Below are positions 13,572 to 27,900 of a DNA stretch of 64,000 nt, in pieces (the stretch's first letter is position 1; every line of letters begins with the position of its first letter). This DNA comes from Paraspadella gotoi (Eukaryota; Animalia; Chaetognatha), in the NCBI GenBank assembly GCA_051294375.1, contig CM119263.1, forward strand, positions 8,909,162 to 8,973,161, given 5' to 3'. The notes beneath the pieces were generated by a model. It searched no databases. It was given only the letters and a program-made list of their open reading frames with translations, and had not been told where the DNA came from. Both the position numbers and the translations under genes were made by a program.

Positions 13572-16500
13572 GTTGTGCTTTTTTTTCCGAATCAATGTTG
13601 CGATCGTAAATTTTTGTTCTTACTCATTCTTTTTCTCTCTCAACTATGTAATTTAGACTAAAAAATAAGATGTATGCAGTCAAAATTTAATTAATGTGCA
13701 ATGTATAACGCGGCGGACAGACTCTTCCCATGAGTGGCTTCGAATGCCAACGGATGAACTAATGGTAACTTTATGTTTATAAAAAGTATCAAGGCGTCAG
13801 GCGGAAGGGAAGTATTCCGGAAAATAACGAAAAAAAGTTAGGGTGAAATGAGAAGGGGAAAAAAAAAGAAAACGAGAAAAAGAGATTCTATGCGAGGAAA
13901 TGGACCGAGAAGAAAAGTAGCAGTCGACGATAATAACGAAATTGAATTGGGGTCAAAGGTAAGTGAGGTAAGAAGGGGAAAAGAGGTGAGAAGAAAAAGA
14001 AAGGTAAGAGGGAAAAGAGAGGTAAAATGGGGAAGAGAGGTAAAGCGAGTTAAATGACGTAAGGAAAAAGAGGAGGGAGAGAAAAGAGTGATAAAGGAGG
14101 TAATAAAGAGAACTCGTCAAGGTAGGACAAGCAGAACTAACTGTGAGATGCAGAGTGAAAAGGTCCCACTCTCAAAAAGGGGCAGGAGGCGGAGGCAAAG
14201 GGTCAGGGCTGAGCGGAGAAAAAAAAAGAGTAGAAAGTCAGGGGTTAGGGCTGAGAGTAAGGCGGAATGAGAAGCACTTTAAAAAAAGAAGTAAGTAAAT
14301 AAATAGAAGCTTAACTTCTCATGGATTCTCGAGAAGCGGTTATCAGAGGAGTCGTGAGATATATACGTTCTTATCGAAGAAATATTTTTGACTGAAATGA
14401 GAACATTTACGTTTGTTAGTTTATGGTCGAATAGTTATAACAGTAATTTAAAAGTAATATTTCATTATAATTTTGTCTAAATTTAACTAAATAGAGAGAC
14501 CTCTCAAAATCTCTTCGTTGGGTTCAAATAAACAGGGCTGTTAAGAGCTGGAAGGGGGAAGAGTTGACCTTACGCTCTGAACTTTAACCTCGGTTGAAAG
14601 ATAAAGTTGGGTTGCATTGACTAAAAAAAAAATGGTGAAAAGAGGAGGAACAAAAATAATAAGGTAAGGCATAAACATTTATATTTTCGATTTATTACTG
14701 AAAACAATTCAGAAATTGTTGGTGGGTGATAAATGAATATAAATATTGGCATAAAAACTAAAACTGAACTAGTATTATCCACCAAAAAACCACCTTAAAC
14801 TAAAATAGGCATAACACCTTTGATCGAAATGTCTCTTCAACAATTTGATTTTTTTTTCACATTATTTGACTTAAATGAACTTCATTAATAAAAAATGACA
14901 CAGCCTTCCCGCCATTCGCTTGCCTTCCACCCCACGCCGTGGTTTATGGAGCCGAGAATGGACTTTTCTGTTCAAGTAATTAATCTCGCAGTTCCAAATG
15001 AGTCCTTTGCATCATTGGCTCCTGGAAATGTCTTTAAGTAGTCACCCCCCTATGCTAAAGGTTTAGTTAAGATTCGGATCAAATGAATTCGTGGAGGTTT
15101 CATATTTGACTGATTCTTATGTCACCAAGGCGTCGGCCGCTCCGACCAATCGCTTGGCGGTTATTTGATGTAAATGCCTTTAATGTTAATTCTTCGCAAA
15201 GTGTAATATGGTCCATTTCCTGCGATGATACATTGAAATAAAACAATGCTTAATGACTTAATACAAAATGGGTTTTGTTCCGTTGACCCTTTCGCCTGTC
15301 TTTCGCATGAACACGGAACAAATGTTCCCCGCTCCTCCTCTTCCTCCTACTTCTTCTGTATTAAATGAATGGAGACTCTCCCTCTCTCTTTAAGCCGCAT
15401 AAATCACCCCCGACCTTTTATTTCCTTTTTCTCTCTCCCCCCCCTTTTTTCCTTTTTTTTATCGCTTTCTTTTTTTCCTTCCCTGTTTTATTTGATTTTT
15501 CTTTCTTTTTTATCCATTTTTCATCCCTCTCCTTGACTCGGTCTCACGTTGCGGGAGACACGGAGAATCGTACATCCAGTTTTTGAGCCGATGAATCTTT
15601 GGGTGGTGCTAGGACGGGGCATAATGTTTCATAGTCTGTACATTGTACATTATACTATAGCTAGTGTCTCTATTATCTTCTTTTGAATTATCTCTAGTGT
15701 CTCTTTCCTTCATTAAATTTCTTTTATCTCATTACTGATTTTTCGATCGCGTGATTTTTGAATTTTTTTACTTTCTTCAAATCGCTTTCATCATTTGGTA
15801 GATCACTTGTTGAATCACCTTCTTGAAAGCCAACTCTGTCACCGAGTCGTTTAAACTAGGTAACTTCTACTCGTTTTAATCTTTCGCTTTGAATGACTCA
15901 GTTTCATTTCTCTGTCTCTTTCTTTCTCAATATTTCTTTCTCTCCCCCATTCTTTCATAAATACGTCAATCAATAAAAGTCTATTCAAGATCTCCACATT
16001 AGCCTCTCTCTCTCTCTCTCTCTCTCTGACTCTCTCTCTCTCTCTTTATCTCTCTGCTTGTTCTCTCTCTCTCTCTTCCTACCTTTTCTCGTCACAGTTT
16101 CAATGAGCGAATTAAATTTAAAAATTAATCTCGTCAATATGAATTTTATTCTCTGCTCTTATCTAATAATTTCTCGTACGCTCACATAACATTTTTTGAA
16201 TCGTCTAGCAGACAGACATCTCGCGACCGTAATTCCGATTTTTCAGCCCAGCGTTCCGGGGAAAAGGAAAAAGCCACTCCGACCCAGAACCACAATAATG
16301 TCACCCATTTAATAAGCCAGTTGACTTTTATTTTTCCTAGGTCTTCCACAAATTTCAATATTTTCGGTGATACTTTTTTTTTAATCGAGAATCGATTCTT
16401 AGCCTCAGTTTCTTGCCCCTTTGTTTTTAATGTACGCAAAAATTAGGAAAAAAAAATTAAATATGAAAATATTGCATCACCCACAGCTGAGGGCGTTGAC

Positions 16501-17118
16501 AACACCTATAGTCTCTGTATGTTAGAACCAAGTTGGCATTTCTCATTTCACCTTCAAAAGATGTTTTTTTTTTCTTTCAGGCTTCACTGATTAAATACAC
16601 TTTTATTTCTCGCCAACTCCATTTTCCTTATGTTCTGTTTTGAGTCTGTTGTTTGACCCTTTCATCCCTTTTTCGCGGTTGTTTCCTATTCCCTCTTCAC
16701 TCCTCTCGCCCTCGGGCGCCCTTTTTAATTCAAAATGGCGCAACCCTTTCCATCGTCAAAATTTTATCTTCTTTTCCTTCTTTTTTTCACGCACCTTTTT
16801 ATTTCAATTTGGATTCGCTATTCAATTTATTTCGGTCACATCCACATCCTCCTCCTCTTCTTCCTCCTCCTCCTCCTCCTTTTAAAGTCACCATCTCTCT
16901 TCAATTTTTACCGGGTCTTCGCTATTTTAAACCATCCAATCATTTTCTTTCACTTTACATGTCTTGGTAGGATGCCTCACCTCACTTTAACTTTTCTTTT
17001 TACTTCCATTTTCCCCTTTAATCTTCCCTTTTTTTACCCTTTTCTCCCTTCCCCTTTCCTCTTTCCTCTCCTCTCAATCACATTCCCTCCCGGCCTCCGT
17101 TTCCCGAAAGTAAGCAAT

Positions 17119-17419
17119 TTTTAGTTGCGCCGCGAGTACTCGCAGAGAAACTCTAAAAGTCACTTTTCGGTCGGTCTGTCGGTCCGTCGGTCCGTCGGTC
17201 GGTCCGTCGGTGTGTCTGTCCGTCGGTCTGCCTCCGTTACGCTAAAAATGCATATAATTTGCCTTTAGATGGTTGCTCATTTGTTAAGAAAGAAAAAACC
17301 TCAAATCTAAGGGACTGTTAGGAATAAAAGACATGTCATGTCATATCATCTAATCAAAGGGAAATACGCGTGAAAATAAAGTCACTGCGGCGCAACACAT
17401 TTGAATTACCGTTCTTGTT
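17119..17419 (+). mobile_element. Helentron/DINE-like non-autonomous element, family A (full-length copy)
   Basis: Starts ttttagttgcgccgcgagtactcgc and has a (GTCG/GTCC)n microsatellite. Subterminal inverted repeats gttgcgccgc (17124-17133) and gcggcgcaac (17387-17396). Ends ttgaattaccgttcttgtt. Five other copies or fragments are in the window. Confidence 0.75.
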
Positions 17420-18041
17420 CTTTTTGAATTTTCGATTTTATTTTTTTCCCGGATTTTATTTTCCAGGATTCCAATTTTATTTTCCGTTCCCCAATTCCCA
17501 CTCGGGTTCTTGAACGTCGGTGCCACTCCCACGCGCTAGTTCGCCTTGTCAATCAGACCGCGTGTTTTTCAGTTAATTGGCAACGGATTAAAATAATTAT
17601 TTAAACCTTTAATGAGGTCATTCTCTCCATCTGTCCGGGACGATATTGATTTAATTGTATCTATCTACTTGATATTCCATTCTCGGTGTTGGTAGTATCA
17701 GAATGACTACCTGAATAAATATTGAATAAAAAATCTACATAACTATAAGTCGAATCATATCTGGAGGGTTTGAACCCAGGTTCTTTAACCCTGACGTTCT
17801 TACGCTGTGCGGATGTTCAATCCGTAAGTTCAGAGATGTCATCATCCAATTTAAACTAATATAAACAAATAAATAAAAATATTAAATAAAAAAGTTAGAA
17901 CAGAGATTGAATCGTTGGCTTGCTGGCTTACGCCACCTTGCAACTTACCATTTAAATATTCAATGCCATAACTATTGTAGCATGTTTATTTAACTACATG
18001 ACGACAAAAGAACACTATAATCACATACAGTGTCATAGAGT

Positions 18042-18245
18042 ACTCTAGCAGTTGTACTATGGTTTTTCTGTTTATGGAAACCTCCATATTATTCTTCCTC
18101 ATTTATACAAGATTCAACTTTACCTTACTGATGTTTATTTCTTCGTTAATGTTATTTTATATTCATTATTGTTTAATGGTAGTGTTACCATTTCCTTTTA
18201 TTATTGTTTTGTACATAAAGATATTCTATATGCTTGCTGGTAAAA
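18042..18245 (+). pseudogene. Decayed class A GPCR fragment (TM4-ECL2-TM5)
   Basis: One frame reads TLAVVLWFFCLWKPPYY...PY*CLF (TM4 W...PP and an ECL2 Cys). The adjacent frame reads LMVVLPFPFIIVLYIKIFYML (TM5 P...Y..I pattern). Stops and a frameshift lie between them. Confidence 0.4.
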
Positions 18246-18471
18246 GCAACGGAATATCTATATGCTTAGATTATTTTATTAAGGTTGTTTTTATAATTGA
18301 ACAAATAAAAATTTTGTTCTTGAAAACATTTTATCCTTTGAACGAACTTGACATACGCAGACTCGCGTGGTGATCTTTCGCCACATCCATCCTTTCACGT
18401 AACGTGATGCTATATTTCAATATTCAATAATCAATAAGTCTACGAAACGTGAAAGCCTCTCGACGACGCGC

Positions 18472-18508
<37 letters not shown>

Positions 18509-19252
18509 TTTCTTCTTTTCTACTTTCTCCTCCTCTTCTTCTTTTCTCTCTCCTCTCTCTTCTCTCTCTCTCTCTTATATTTCATTTTTTCATAAAAAAT
18601 CGGCGATCTCACGATTGGAAATTGTTTTCGTTATAAATCTGATGAATACTAATTGAATTTTTGTGGATTTGAACTTCTTTGCTGTCAGGATATTTAATCT
18701 CTCACATTTTGTTCCTCTCTTTATCTCATTCTCTGTCTGGGTTCCTCGTTCTGCTCTTTGTAGTTCGGTCTTGTGGGAATAACCTTCTCTCTCTCTCTCT
18801 CTCTNNNNNNNNNNNNNNNNNNNNNNNNNNNNNNNNNNNNNNNNNNNNNNNNNNNNNNNNNNNNNNNNNNNNNNNNNNNNNNNNNNNNNNNNNNNNNNNN
18901 NNNNNNNNNNNNNNNNNNNNNNNNNNNNNNNNNNNNNNNNNNNNNNNNNNNNNNNNNNNNNNNNNNNNNNNNNNNNNNNNNNNNNNCGAGTTCAAGGCTT
19001 CGACCAACATCCCGCTCCGGCGGCGTCGGCAAACACGTCTCAGCGTCGGCAAAAAATGTCGGCATAGGTAAAGGCGGTTTGATCACCGAGCCCCGCTGCG
19101 TCGGGATGAGATCCAGCAGTACCAGCAGTACCGGAAGCGTCGAGAGAGACGCCGTATTCTTACCGGTTTGGCGCAAAGGTGACGCCGGAAGATGATGTAT
19201 GATTATGATATGGAGATGAGTGTGCGTTTTTGCGTTATTCCCCCAGAGAGAG

Positions 19253-19286
<34 letters not shown>

Positions 19287-20618
19287 AAGAGGGAGAGAAA
19301 GAGAGAGAGAGAGAGAGAGATTGCGTACTAGCTAAAGAATAAAACATCACTTTACATGCATTTTTTATCGTCGCCATCATCGTCGTCACCTTCGTCGTCA
19401 TCGTCATCACATCAGGTCTCGCGTGAAATAAATATTAAATTCTACCGCTCGGTTTGACAGAAGTTTGTCACAATTTTAACTTTTTCTGGATAAACTTGAG
19501 GTTTCTTTTTTTTTTTTAAATTCGCCATAACAAAATCCAACATTTATTTTGCAAACCCAAAGTTGTTAATTATCACCTTTTTTTTTAAGCGCCGAAGTCA
19601 TAAATTAAGGAGATAAACATCAACGGGGATAAAAATAAGCAAAACTCGTGAAAAGTATAAACGCGGTTGTAAAAATCCAAACAAACGCAACGGAAGAGTA
19701 AAACTCCAAAATAAACCGCGATAACAACTAAAAAAACAAAAACCGCAACTACAACGGAGAAAACAGAAAAAACAGCGACGTAGCAAAATATAAAAGAAAA
19801 AAGAAAAAAAGCGCAAAAAGAGCAAAAAGAGCAAAAAGGGTAAGAAGAGAATCTTGAGCCGCCGAAGATGTGAACGGAAAGGGCACAAAATGTCAAAAAC
19901 TGAATCGGGCCATAAAGGCAAAGTTAAAAATAAAACGACAAAAAATTGAATGTGAAACTTTGGTTTTAAGAATATACATAAAAACTAATAACAAATTTAA
20001 GATTTAATTGTGAAACCTGATAAAATCCTGTTTAAAAGTCTTTAAAAAAACATATGATAATCGAAGATAAAAATTCAATCACAAGTCACTATTTCATTTT
20101 CAATAGACCCCTTATTTTACGTTTTTCTTCTCTTCCTTTTTTTTTAGCTATATTTGCTATCAAGCCGAAACTATTTTATCAATTTTCTTTTCTTTTCCTT
20201 TGTCCCTTCATCTTTTTTTTCTCCTCTTTTATTTTTCTTCAACTTCTTTCCTCCCTCTCTCTCAGTTTTTAACTTTGACCTCTGACGGAAGCCTTTTTCT
20301 TGCAACTCTTCTCTTTCCAAATATTTTTTCTATGCTTTTTATACTTTCTTATTTTCATTTTTTCCCTATTTTCGCAAGTTCTCCTCATTTGTGTATTCAC
20401 CTTTTTTAACTTTCCTCCTTTCAATTTTCTTCTTTTTTCCTTTTCTTTCTCCTATTTCCTCCTTTCAAGTCCTTTTTCTTTCTTGCGAAGTCCGTTTTAG
20501 AATAGACGACTTGGGATAACGATCGGAGTAAATTTCGAGGTGGAACAAACTGACGCTGAAGCCGCCGCCGCCGCCGCCGCGGACGACAACGACGAAGAAA
20601 ACGGCAGAACTGTACGGG

Positions 20619-20954
20619 AACAAGAACGGTAATTCAAATGTGTTGCGCCGCAGTGACTGCCTTAACACGTGTGTTTCTTGTCACATAATATGACATGGCA
20701 TTACATGACATGACGACGTGACATGACATGACTACATGACTACCATAACTTTCTTACCCCGTGTATTTATGACAAGCACTGCATCGCAATTTTGTCTTTT
20801 GTCTTTTGTCTTTTATTTCCTGAAGGCGGCGCAAGCAGTCCCTTAGAATTCAGGTTTTTTCCTATCTTAATGTAATTTGGACAGACCGACGGACCCACCG
20901 ACCAACCGACCGACCGAAAAGTGACTTAGAGAGTTGCTCCGCGAGTACTAAAAA
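20619..20954 (-). mobile_element. Helentron/DINE-like element, family A
   Basis: Reverse-complement matches to both ends of 17119-17419 (aacaagaacggtaattcaaatgtgttgcgccgcagtgac ... ccgaccgaaaagtgactt.gagagttgctccgcgagtac), with internal (ACATG)n repeats. Confidence 0.75.
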
Positions 20955-21604
20955 CCTTTCCACTTTAAACGACAACGATAACTGAAAGAGAATAATGACA
21001 AAACCCAAGGATTTATATCTCCGACGAGAAGGAAGAAAATCCCTCATTACGAGGATCGCGCCGAAAGGTAACGACGAAATCGAAGACAATGATGAAGATA
21101 ATGACGATAACGACATTGAAGTAATGACACCGACGCTAAAGACATCGATGAAAATAAGAGCGAGGTAAACAACGACGACGACGACGACGACGACGACGCC
21201 GACGAAACAAGACTTCCACATCAAAGCCGCCCATGACTCAAAGGTTCAGATGGAAAAAAAAAACTTTTTTTTTTTGAAACAAATAAAAGGTTATTTTTTT
21301 TTCCCTCGGAACGATTTATGTCGGAGAAAACTGCCAGTGGCAGGAGTTTTTTATTTGGTTTTATATTGTATTAACTTTATATACATCCAGAACGAGTGAT
21401 TGTCTCGGAGGCAAATTTTAACCATTAGAGGAAGAAACCGGTTAATGGGTTAATACGTTCTCGATATAGGAAAAGGAGATTTTCTTAACTGCTTATTAAG
21501 CAGTGCTTAAATTCACATCTTTGGAAAAATTTTCGCGCACCATGTCGGGTGTACCTTTCCGTAAAGGGTTTAATATTTTCCTCGATCCCAAATATGCGTG
21601 ATCA

Positions 21605-21661
<57 letters not shown>

Positions 21662-21765
21662 CATTCGTTTTTCTTTCATTCAGATATCATATTCACAAAC
21701 ATCCACCATCGACTAGTCCCCATCATCATTAAAACGACCCCTTTTTTTCCAACCTTCCTCCTTTG

Positions 21766-21886
<121 letters not shown>

Positions 21887-22345
21887 TCTCTCTCTCTCTC
21901 TCTCTCCCTCCCTACTTTTTCTCCATTCGCTTTTGTTTTAATTCCTCGTTTTTCTGTTTCAACACTTGAGTGCGAATGAAGAATCGGAAAACTCGGAAGG
22001 TCGTTTCTGTTGGTTTGACACCGAAAAAAAAAGTAAATAAGAATAAACAAACCAATAAAGAGAAACAAATGAATAAATTACTGAATAAATAAATAAACGC
22101 AAAAATTGATAAATTTATATGTAAATAAAGAAAAACATATAATATACGAAAGTCATTCAGTTTTCACGGTACTTCATTCAACTCCACAATACAGTAAAAA
22201 AAATAAATTAAAACCAAATTAGTTTCAAAGAGAAAAAGTCATAAAACGAAAGTTGTCTGGGGCGAATCGACTTTGCTCGCCTTAGATAATCAACTTGGTC
22301 GACTCTCATCCTTGTTCACATCAGGTGAGTAAGCGTCCTCGTTCG

Positions 22346-22425
<80 letters not shown>

Positions 22426-22724
22426 GGATTTCCTTTTTTCCAACTCTGGAGTCTCCGTTTCTTGTTTACGCTCTAAACTTTGATAGTTTTTCTTTTCAAA
22501 AATGGAGCGATAAACGTTTATATTCCGTCGTAACTCTTTCACTAAATCCAGCCTTTACTCTGGGATTTCGAGGCCCGATTCCTCCTTTTCAATGGGTCAG
22601 GTTTTTGCTTTTATTTCACGCCACTGAAGGAATTCATAACGAAACAGTCGGCCATCTCTTCCTAAAGGGGCCAGTTTCAGTTTAAATTTGTTTGTTTGTT
22701 AAATTGTTTTTTTTGGTTTGATAA

Positions 22725-22935
22725 TTTAGGGATAATGATTAAGATAGGCATTTGGGTTAAGGGATAAGTTAGGCATTTGGTTAGAGTTTTGATTAAGGAT
22801 TAAGGTTGATGATTTTGGTTTTAGATTATAAGATAAGGTTAAGGTTAAGGATTAAACTTAGAGATTAATGTTAGGGATTAGGTTAAGTTTAAGGATTAAA
22901 CTTAGAGATTAAAGTTAGGGTTAGGGATTAGTTTA
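22725..22935 (+). repeat. Degenerate TTAGGG-like tract
   Basis: Contains ttagggttaggg and a duplicated unit ttaaggattaaacttagagatta. Confidence 0.7.
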
Positions 22936-23920
22936 AATATTTAGATATTAAATTTAAAAAATTAAGTTTAAGAATTATGAAAAGAAATGCGGCGCCGTCG
23001 GCAAATAGTGCCATTTTCACACCATGGAACAGAATCTCGCAACGGAATAAAAAAAAATTACAATTAATCAATTAAAACCAATAAAGTTGGCGCCAACCAT
23101 ACAATTAAAGTTAAAAATATTTTTATCACGCAATTGTTTTTTTTTTCTCGAAGCGTAAATTATTTCACCGGTACGGTTCAGCGAAACTTGCTGTTTATTA
23201 AATGTTTATGAAATATCGTCTCCCTAAAATCAACGCCCTTGCCAGACTGGCTCTTCCAAGCTTTTATCGTAACAAGACAAAAGACCCGATTTTAAGAAGC
23301 CCCTCGGATTTACTTCATTCGCAGTAATGGCTCATTCGCAGTAATGCTTCATTCACAGTATTTCTTAGTAACTCTCTGTCATCGCCAATTGTGAATATGA
23401 ACGTCAAAGACTAGAAAGACAATCGATCTCGAAGGCAGGCGACGCGACTCGCGGACGCGAAAACGAAGAAATACGATCTTCGCTCGAGACGACGTACCAC
23501 GCGGCGACGCGGGGGCGTCAAAGAGTTACGGCTGCTGCGTCTCCTAAATAAGGGGAGACTTCTGTTTTGTTCCACTAAATTTGAGGAAAGTTCTGGTTTT
23601 CCTTTTTTTGTATACGTATCGTATTCTTTTAAGGGTTTTTTTTTTTAAATGTATTGTTCGAAGTAAAACTTTGTTAACTACAAAAATTGGTATTTTTAAA
23701 ATTGTTTGCTCATCGCGATTAATCATTAATTAAAAAAATTTAAAAACAAAAAAATACTAACACGAAACAAGTTAGCTTAAAATGTTTCAATCAGAAAATC
23801 GCGCGGATTCATTGCTTATTGCGAAAGTTTTTCATTGAAACCGTCGAAAAGTAATAAATTATAAAAGATGATCCGCGAAGGAAATGTAACAAATTAGCTG
23901 CTAAAGATAATGGAACTCAC

Positions 23921-24312
23921 CCAAACTGACGAAAGCGACGAGGAAGGCGAGGAGTAGAAGAGGTAAGGCGACGGGGTGAGGACTAAGAAGTCTTGGCTTG
24001 GAGGCAGAATTCGCAGCACCAGCAGCAGCACTAGGAGCAGCAGCAGGGAACATCGACGGCAAAAACTCAAACGAATTTGCGGAGGAAGATTTGGCTGCGT
24101 TTGCGGATGGACCGCGTCCGTTTGTGATCGGGGTGAGTTTCGCCCGAGTCGTTGGTAAGTCTGTATGAATCGATATGGCGATCTCGATGGAGATTATTGG
24201 GTTTGTATATTCCACGATCGAAAACGAGGCTGAAGATGTCGCCAATAATACTGACGTTGAAGACAATGGCGACGATGACGACGACAAAGATGGCCAATGT
24301 GCCTCCAGTCGA
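23921..24312 (-). CDS. Exon spliced downstream of the giant ORF; Ser/Ala-rich with a C-terminal hydrophobic helix
   Basis: Acceptor aattttcag|T (phase 2) matches the donor of the 5-kb exon. The frame reads RLEAHWPSLSSSSS...MFPAAAPSAAAG...PVALPLLLLAFLVAFVSLG and ends at the donor TTGG|gtgagt. Confidence 0.55.
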
Positions 24313-24982
24313 CTGAAAATTTAAAAAAGAAACAAAAACAAAAAACAATTAATATGTATTCTTGTCGACGAAAAATTGACCAACTTGCTCCCATTATTTT
24401 GTCGGACAAAACTATGATGAATTAAGATTACAGAAGAGGATATTTTTTACTTCTTAATAATACTTACATGCATTATTACTTCTAGTGTACTTCTTTATAT
24501 AAGATTTTAGAATACAAAGAAAAAGATTCCATCCTTAAAAAAGGATCAGGCCAATAATAAAAAGTTTTCAAGAATGAGTATTTAAATTAAATGTCATTTC
24601 GTCAAATTTTTACTTGAAAATTGGGTTAAAGATTTTAGCGGCTGAGTCCCCAAACATCCCTGGAGGGCAAACCACTATTCTCTTTTTGCTTTTCTCCTAT
24701 ATTTTTTCTTCTCTCTTTTTCCCTCTTTCTTTCTCTCCTTCGATATTTCCTACTTTCGCTTTTTTAGTGATTTTTATTGTTTTTTCTTCTCTTTTTCTTT
24801 TGAAAAAATAAAAGCCATAAAAAATCAAATAAGCAACAAACAACTTGTATAATTTAATAATGGAAAATGAATGAAAAATTCGCCGGACAAAAAAAATATA
24901 ATCAAGATTCAAGATAAATTATAAATATTACTAATAAGGAAAAGAAGAAAGATGAAATAAAGAAGGAAAGTCTGGCACTTAC

Positions 24983-27900
24983 CCTTTGGAATCAACTATA
25001 TTGGAGTCTCCGTTCACATTGTCGCCTGATGGCACAGTTTGGTGACACGTTTTTTCGACATCATTGTCTTCTCTGTTTTTGTTCTTCATCAAATTCGCCT
25101 CATTGACTCGAGACGCATTGCTTTCAGTGCCTTCAGAGAGTTTTCTGATGGAACCAGTCTGACTAAATCTATTGCATCTTCTTTTGTACCCGTCATCGCC
25201 ACTCCCACGCGCCGATTCGCCCGCAAGAACTGTACTTCCGTTTTTAGAAGACACATCACCTATGCTAACTCGTCCGTTGTCTCCTGACCCAATGTCGCGG
25301 GTCCAATTACCAGGGAGCCAATGAGGAGACGTTTTCTCATTCGGAACGGAGATGGAATCGGCGAGACCCTCGTTACCAAGATTCAATCGAGGACGAATTA
25401 TTGTTGCTTCGTTGCCTCGAGGTGGAGGACGAATTTTCACCAGAGGGCAAACGATCTTTTTTACATTGTGACATCCAAAAAATTTCATTTTCGGTCTAGC
25501 ATCAGGATAAACAGAAGGCCAATTCAATTTCCCAACATTGGTCGAAGAAAAAATACAAAAGACCTCGCGCCTCCTTTTCAATCGCCAGCGAATCCCCGTC
25601 GACCCTCTCTCTTCGCCATGACGACGCGTTTTCCGCCCACCGACGTTCCTCCCTCGTTTCTTTTCGGTTATATTTCTTTCTCGCCGGCTTCGTCTTCCGT
25701 CGCGTCCAACGCACAAAGCAAAACCACGTCTAATGGGCGTGGCTTCGGTCGCCGCCTCCATTTTTCTCGCTTTACCGACGCGCCGAGAACAAGGGCGTCT
25801 CTGCGCCTCGGCGCCATACCTTGTTTTTCGCGTTAAGTTTTGGCCAACGAAGCGTGGACTGACCATCTTGGCCGGCGTGCGTGGGTGTGGCGAGTTTATC
25901 GCCTCGGCGTCTCCCGAGGGTTGCGTGGTTTCGTTTCTATCGTCTCTCACTCTTCTAACTCCGTATTTTTTCTCGCAGCCGCGTTTACTAGGACCTACGT
26001 TTTTCACCTTTTCACATACGATGGTTTTTACTCTTTCGTTTCCCCTTTTTCCGGGGTTAATGGTCCGAAGTTTGCAATTTTCGTTTTTACCGTGTTTATC
26101 CTTATTCGAGGCTCCATTGTCATTGCTGTCGTTTTTATCAGTTCTTCTCTTCTCGATTTCGTTTTTATCAGTTCTTCCCTTCTCGCTTTCGTTTTTTCCG
26201 GATTCGAGCGGCCTCATTTCTCCGGGATTGACGGCTCTCGCGAAAGGCAATGTAATCCGTCGGCCGGAAATTTCCTCGTAACAATCTAGATTTAGATATA
26301 TTTGGAGATTCGGATTTGGATTAAGATTCCCACGGAGATTTTTATTTTGTCTTAGATTTATGATACATTTTGGATTCGGAATTAGATTTATATTTTGTGT
26401 ATTCTTATTTGGATTTGGATCGAGGCGCGTGGATTTAGCCGAGTTGTCTCGGGGCGATTCCATTTCGAGGACGATGCATTTGACGACGGGGGAAGGATTT
26501 CGTGGCGGCCGGAGTGGAGACAGCAGTGATGGCAGAGGTAGTTGCGGCGTTGGTGGCTGATAATGGAGTGGTGTTGAGAGCGAAGGAAGAACTGGCGTTG
26601 AGAGTGGAGAAAGAAGCGGGGATGCTGTCTGAAGATGGAGTGTCGTTAATAATGGGGAGACTTGGAGAATATGGAATGATAATAGAATTAGAAATGGCGT
26701 GGATACGACATTTACCACAGGAATAAGGACAGTTACAGTAAGAGTGAGAAGTTGCGCTGATACATACACCATGATGAGTTGCAGTAGATCATTCAGAAGC
26801 GAAACAAGTGGCTGTAAGAAAAACAGCTGGAAACGACGCGTCTCTGAGGAAAGAATTTGTGAAAGAAGCGGTCGTGAGAGAAGCGGCAGTGAAAGGAGCG
26901 ACAAAGAGAAAAGCGTTTGTGAAAGAAGGGGCAGTGAGAGACGTTTTTGTGTGAAAATAGAAAAGGAGTGAGGAGAAGTAAAGGAGAGAAATGGAAAAGA
27001 AACATCGACCGAAAAAACATTGAGTGACGATGGGAAGGAAAGGAGTTTGGAGAAAAGTGAATTTAACAACGGGTGAGGTCCGGAAATAGAGTAGAGTCCA
27101 GAATTAAGTGAGTAACGTCTAAGGGATATATATTGAGAACATCGCCTAAGGTTAAAATAGAGAGAGTGTCCACGAAGAATAAAATGTAATAAGTAACGCT
27201 TGGCAACAACGGATGTCAAGAAACGCCTACAGATACAGTGTTTTGTATAATGAACAATGGCTAAATTAAAAGAGTTTGGCCTAAGGGTGAAAGGGTAAAA
27301 GTATTTTCGCCTATTAAAAACATGACGTCTCCTACAGGATGATTTTCCTCGTTGGTTTCGTAAAGTTGGTCGATTGCCAGATGAGTATTTATTGGAAACA
27401 ACGAGCGAACGTGACGAAGACAAAGGTGAGTGATGGAAAGACAATGACGAAAAGGAGTAAGTAGACGAGGGTAACGACGACGACGAAGACGACGACGAAG
27501 ACGACGACGACGACGATGACGATGACTGAGTTTTCACCGAATTTGAATAATTTCTAATTTTCCCGCCAGCGGAGGTGAAATTTGAGCGGGAATCTTTAAT
27601 TCTTTCCCTCGATAATTTCGCCGAAGGAGAAATCGAAGATCGAGGATCAAATTTTGATCTAGAAAAAAAAGACGGACGTTTGAGACGAAGATCGAATTTC
27701 GATGGAATCGTCGAACGAGGATAAATTGTTGACTGAGGAAAATCATTTGAGTCGGATGATATTTTCGTCTGAGAATCGTTAATCTGTTGAAGATAATTAA
27801 CGTCGTCGATGACGGGAGAGACGAAGGCGCCTGTCGTAAGACGCGAAAGCGTTTCGTCTTTATCGATGGAAACGTCAGGCGCAAATAGCATCGTCGATCC

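Noticed and set aside
17760-17815. tRNA gene (B-box-like ggttcaaacc on the minus strand)
   Set aside because: No A box or cloverleaf could be built. At most a decayed SINE fragment.
18988-21170. Short GC-rich candidate exons (18988-19195, 20501-20628, 20995-21164)
   Set aside because: Open frames are short, no protein similarity is recognisable, and the strand and frame are ambiguous.
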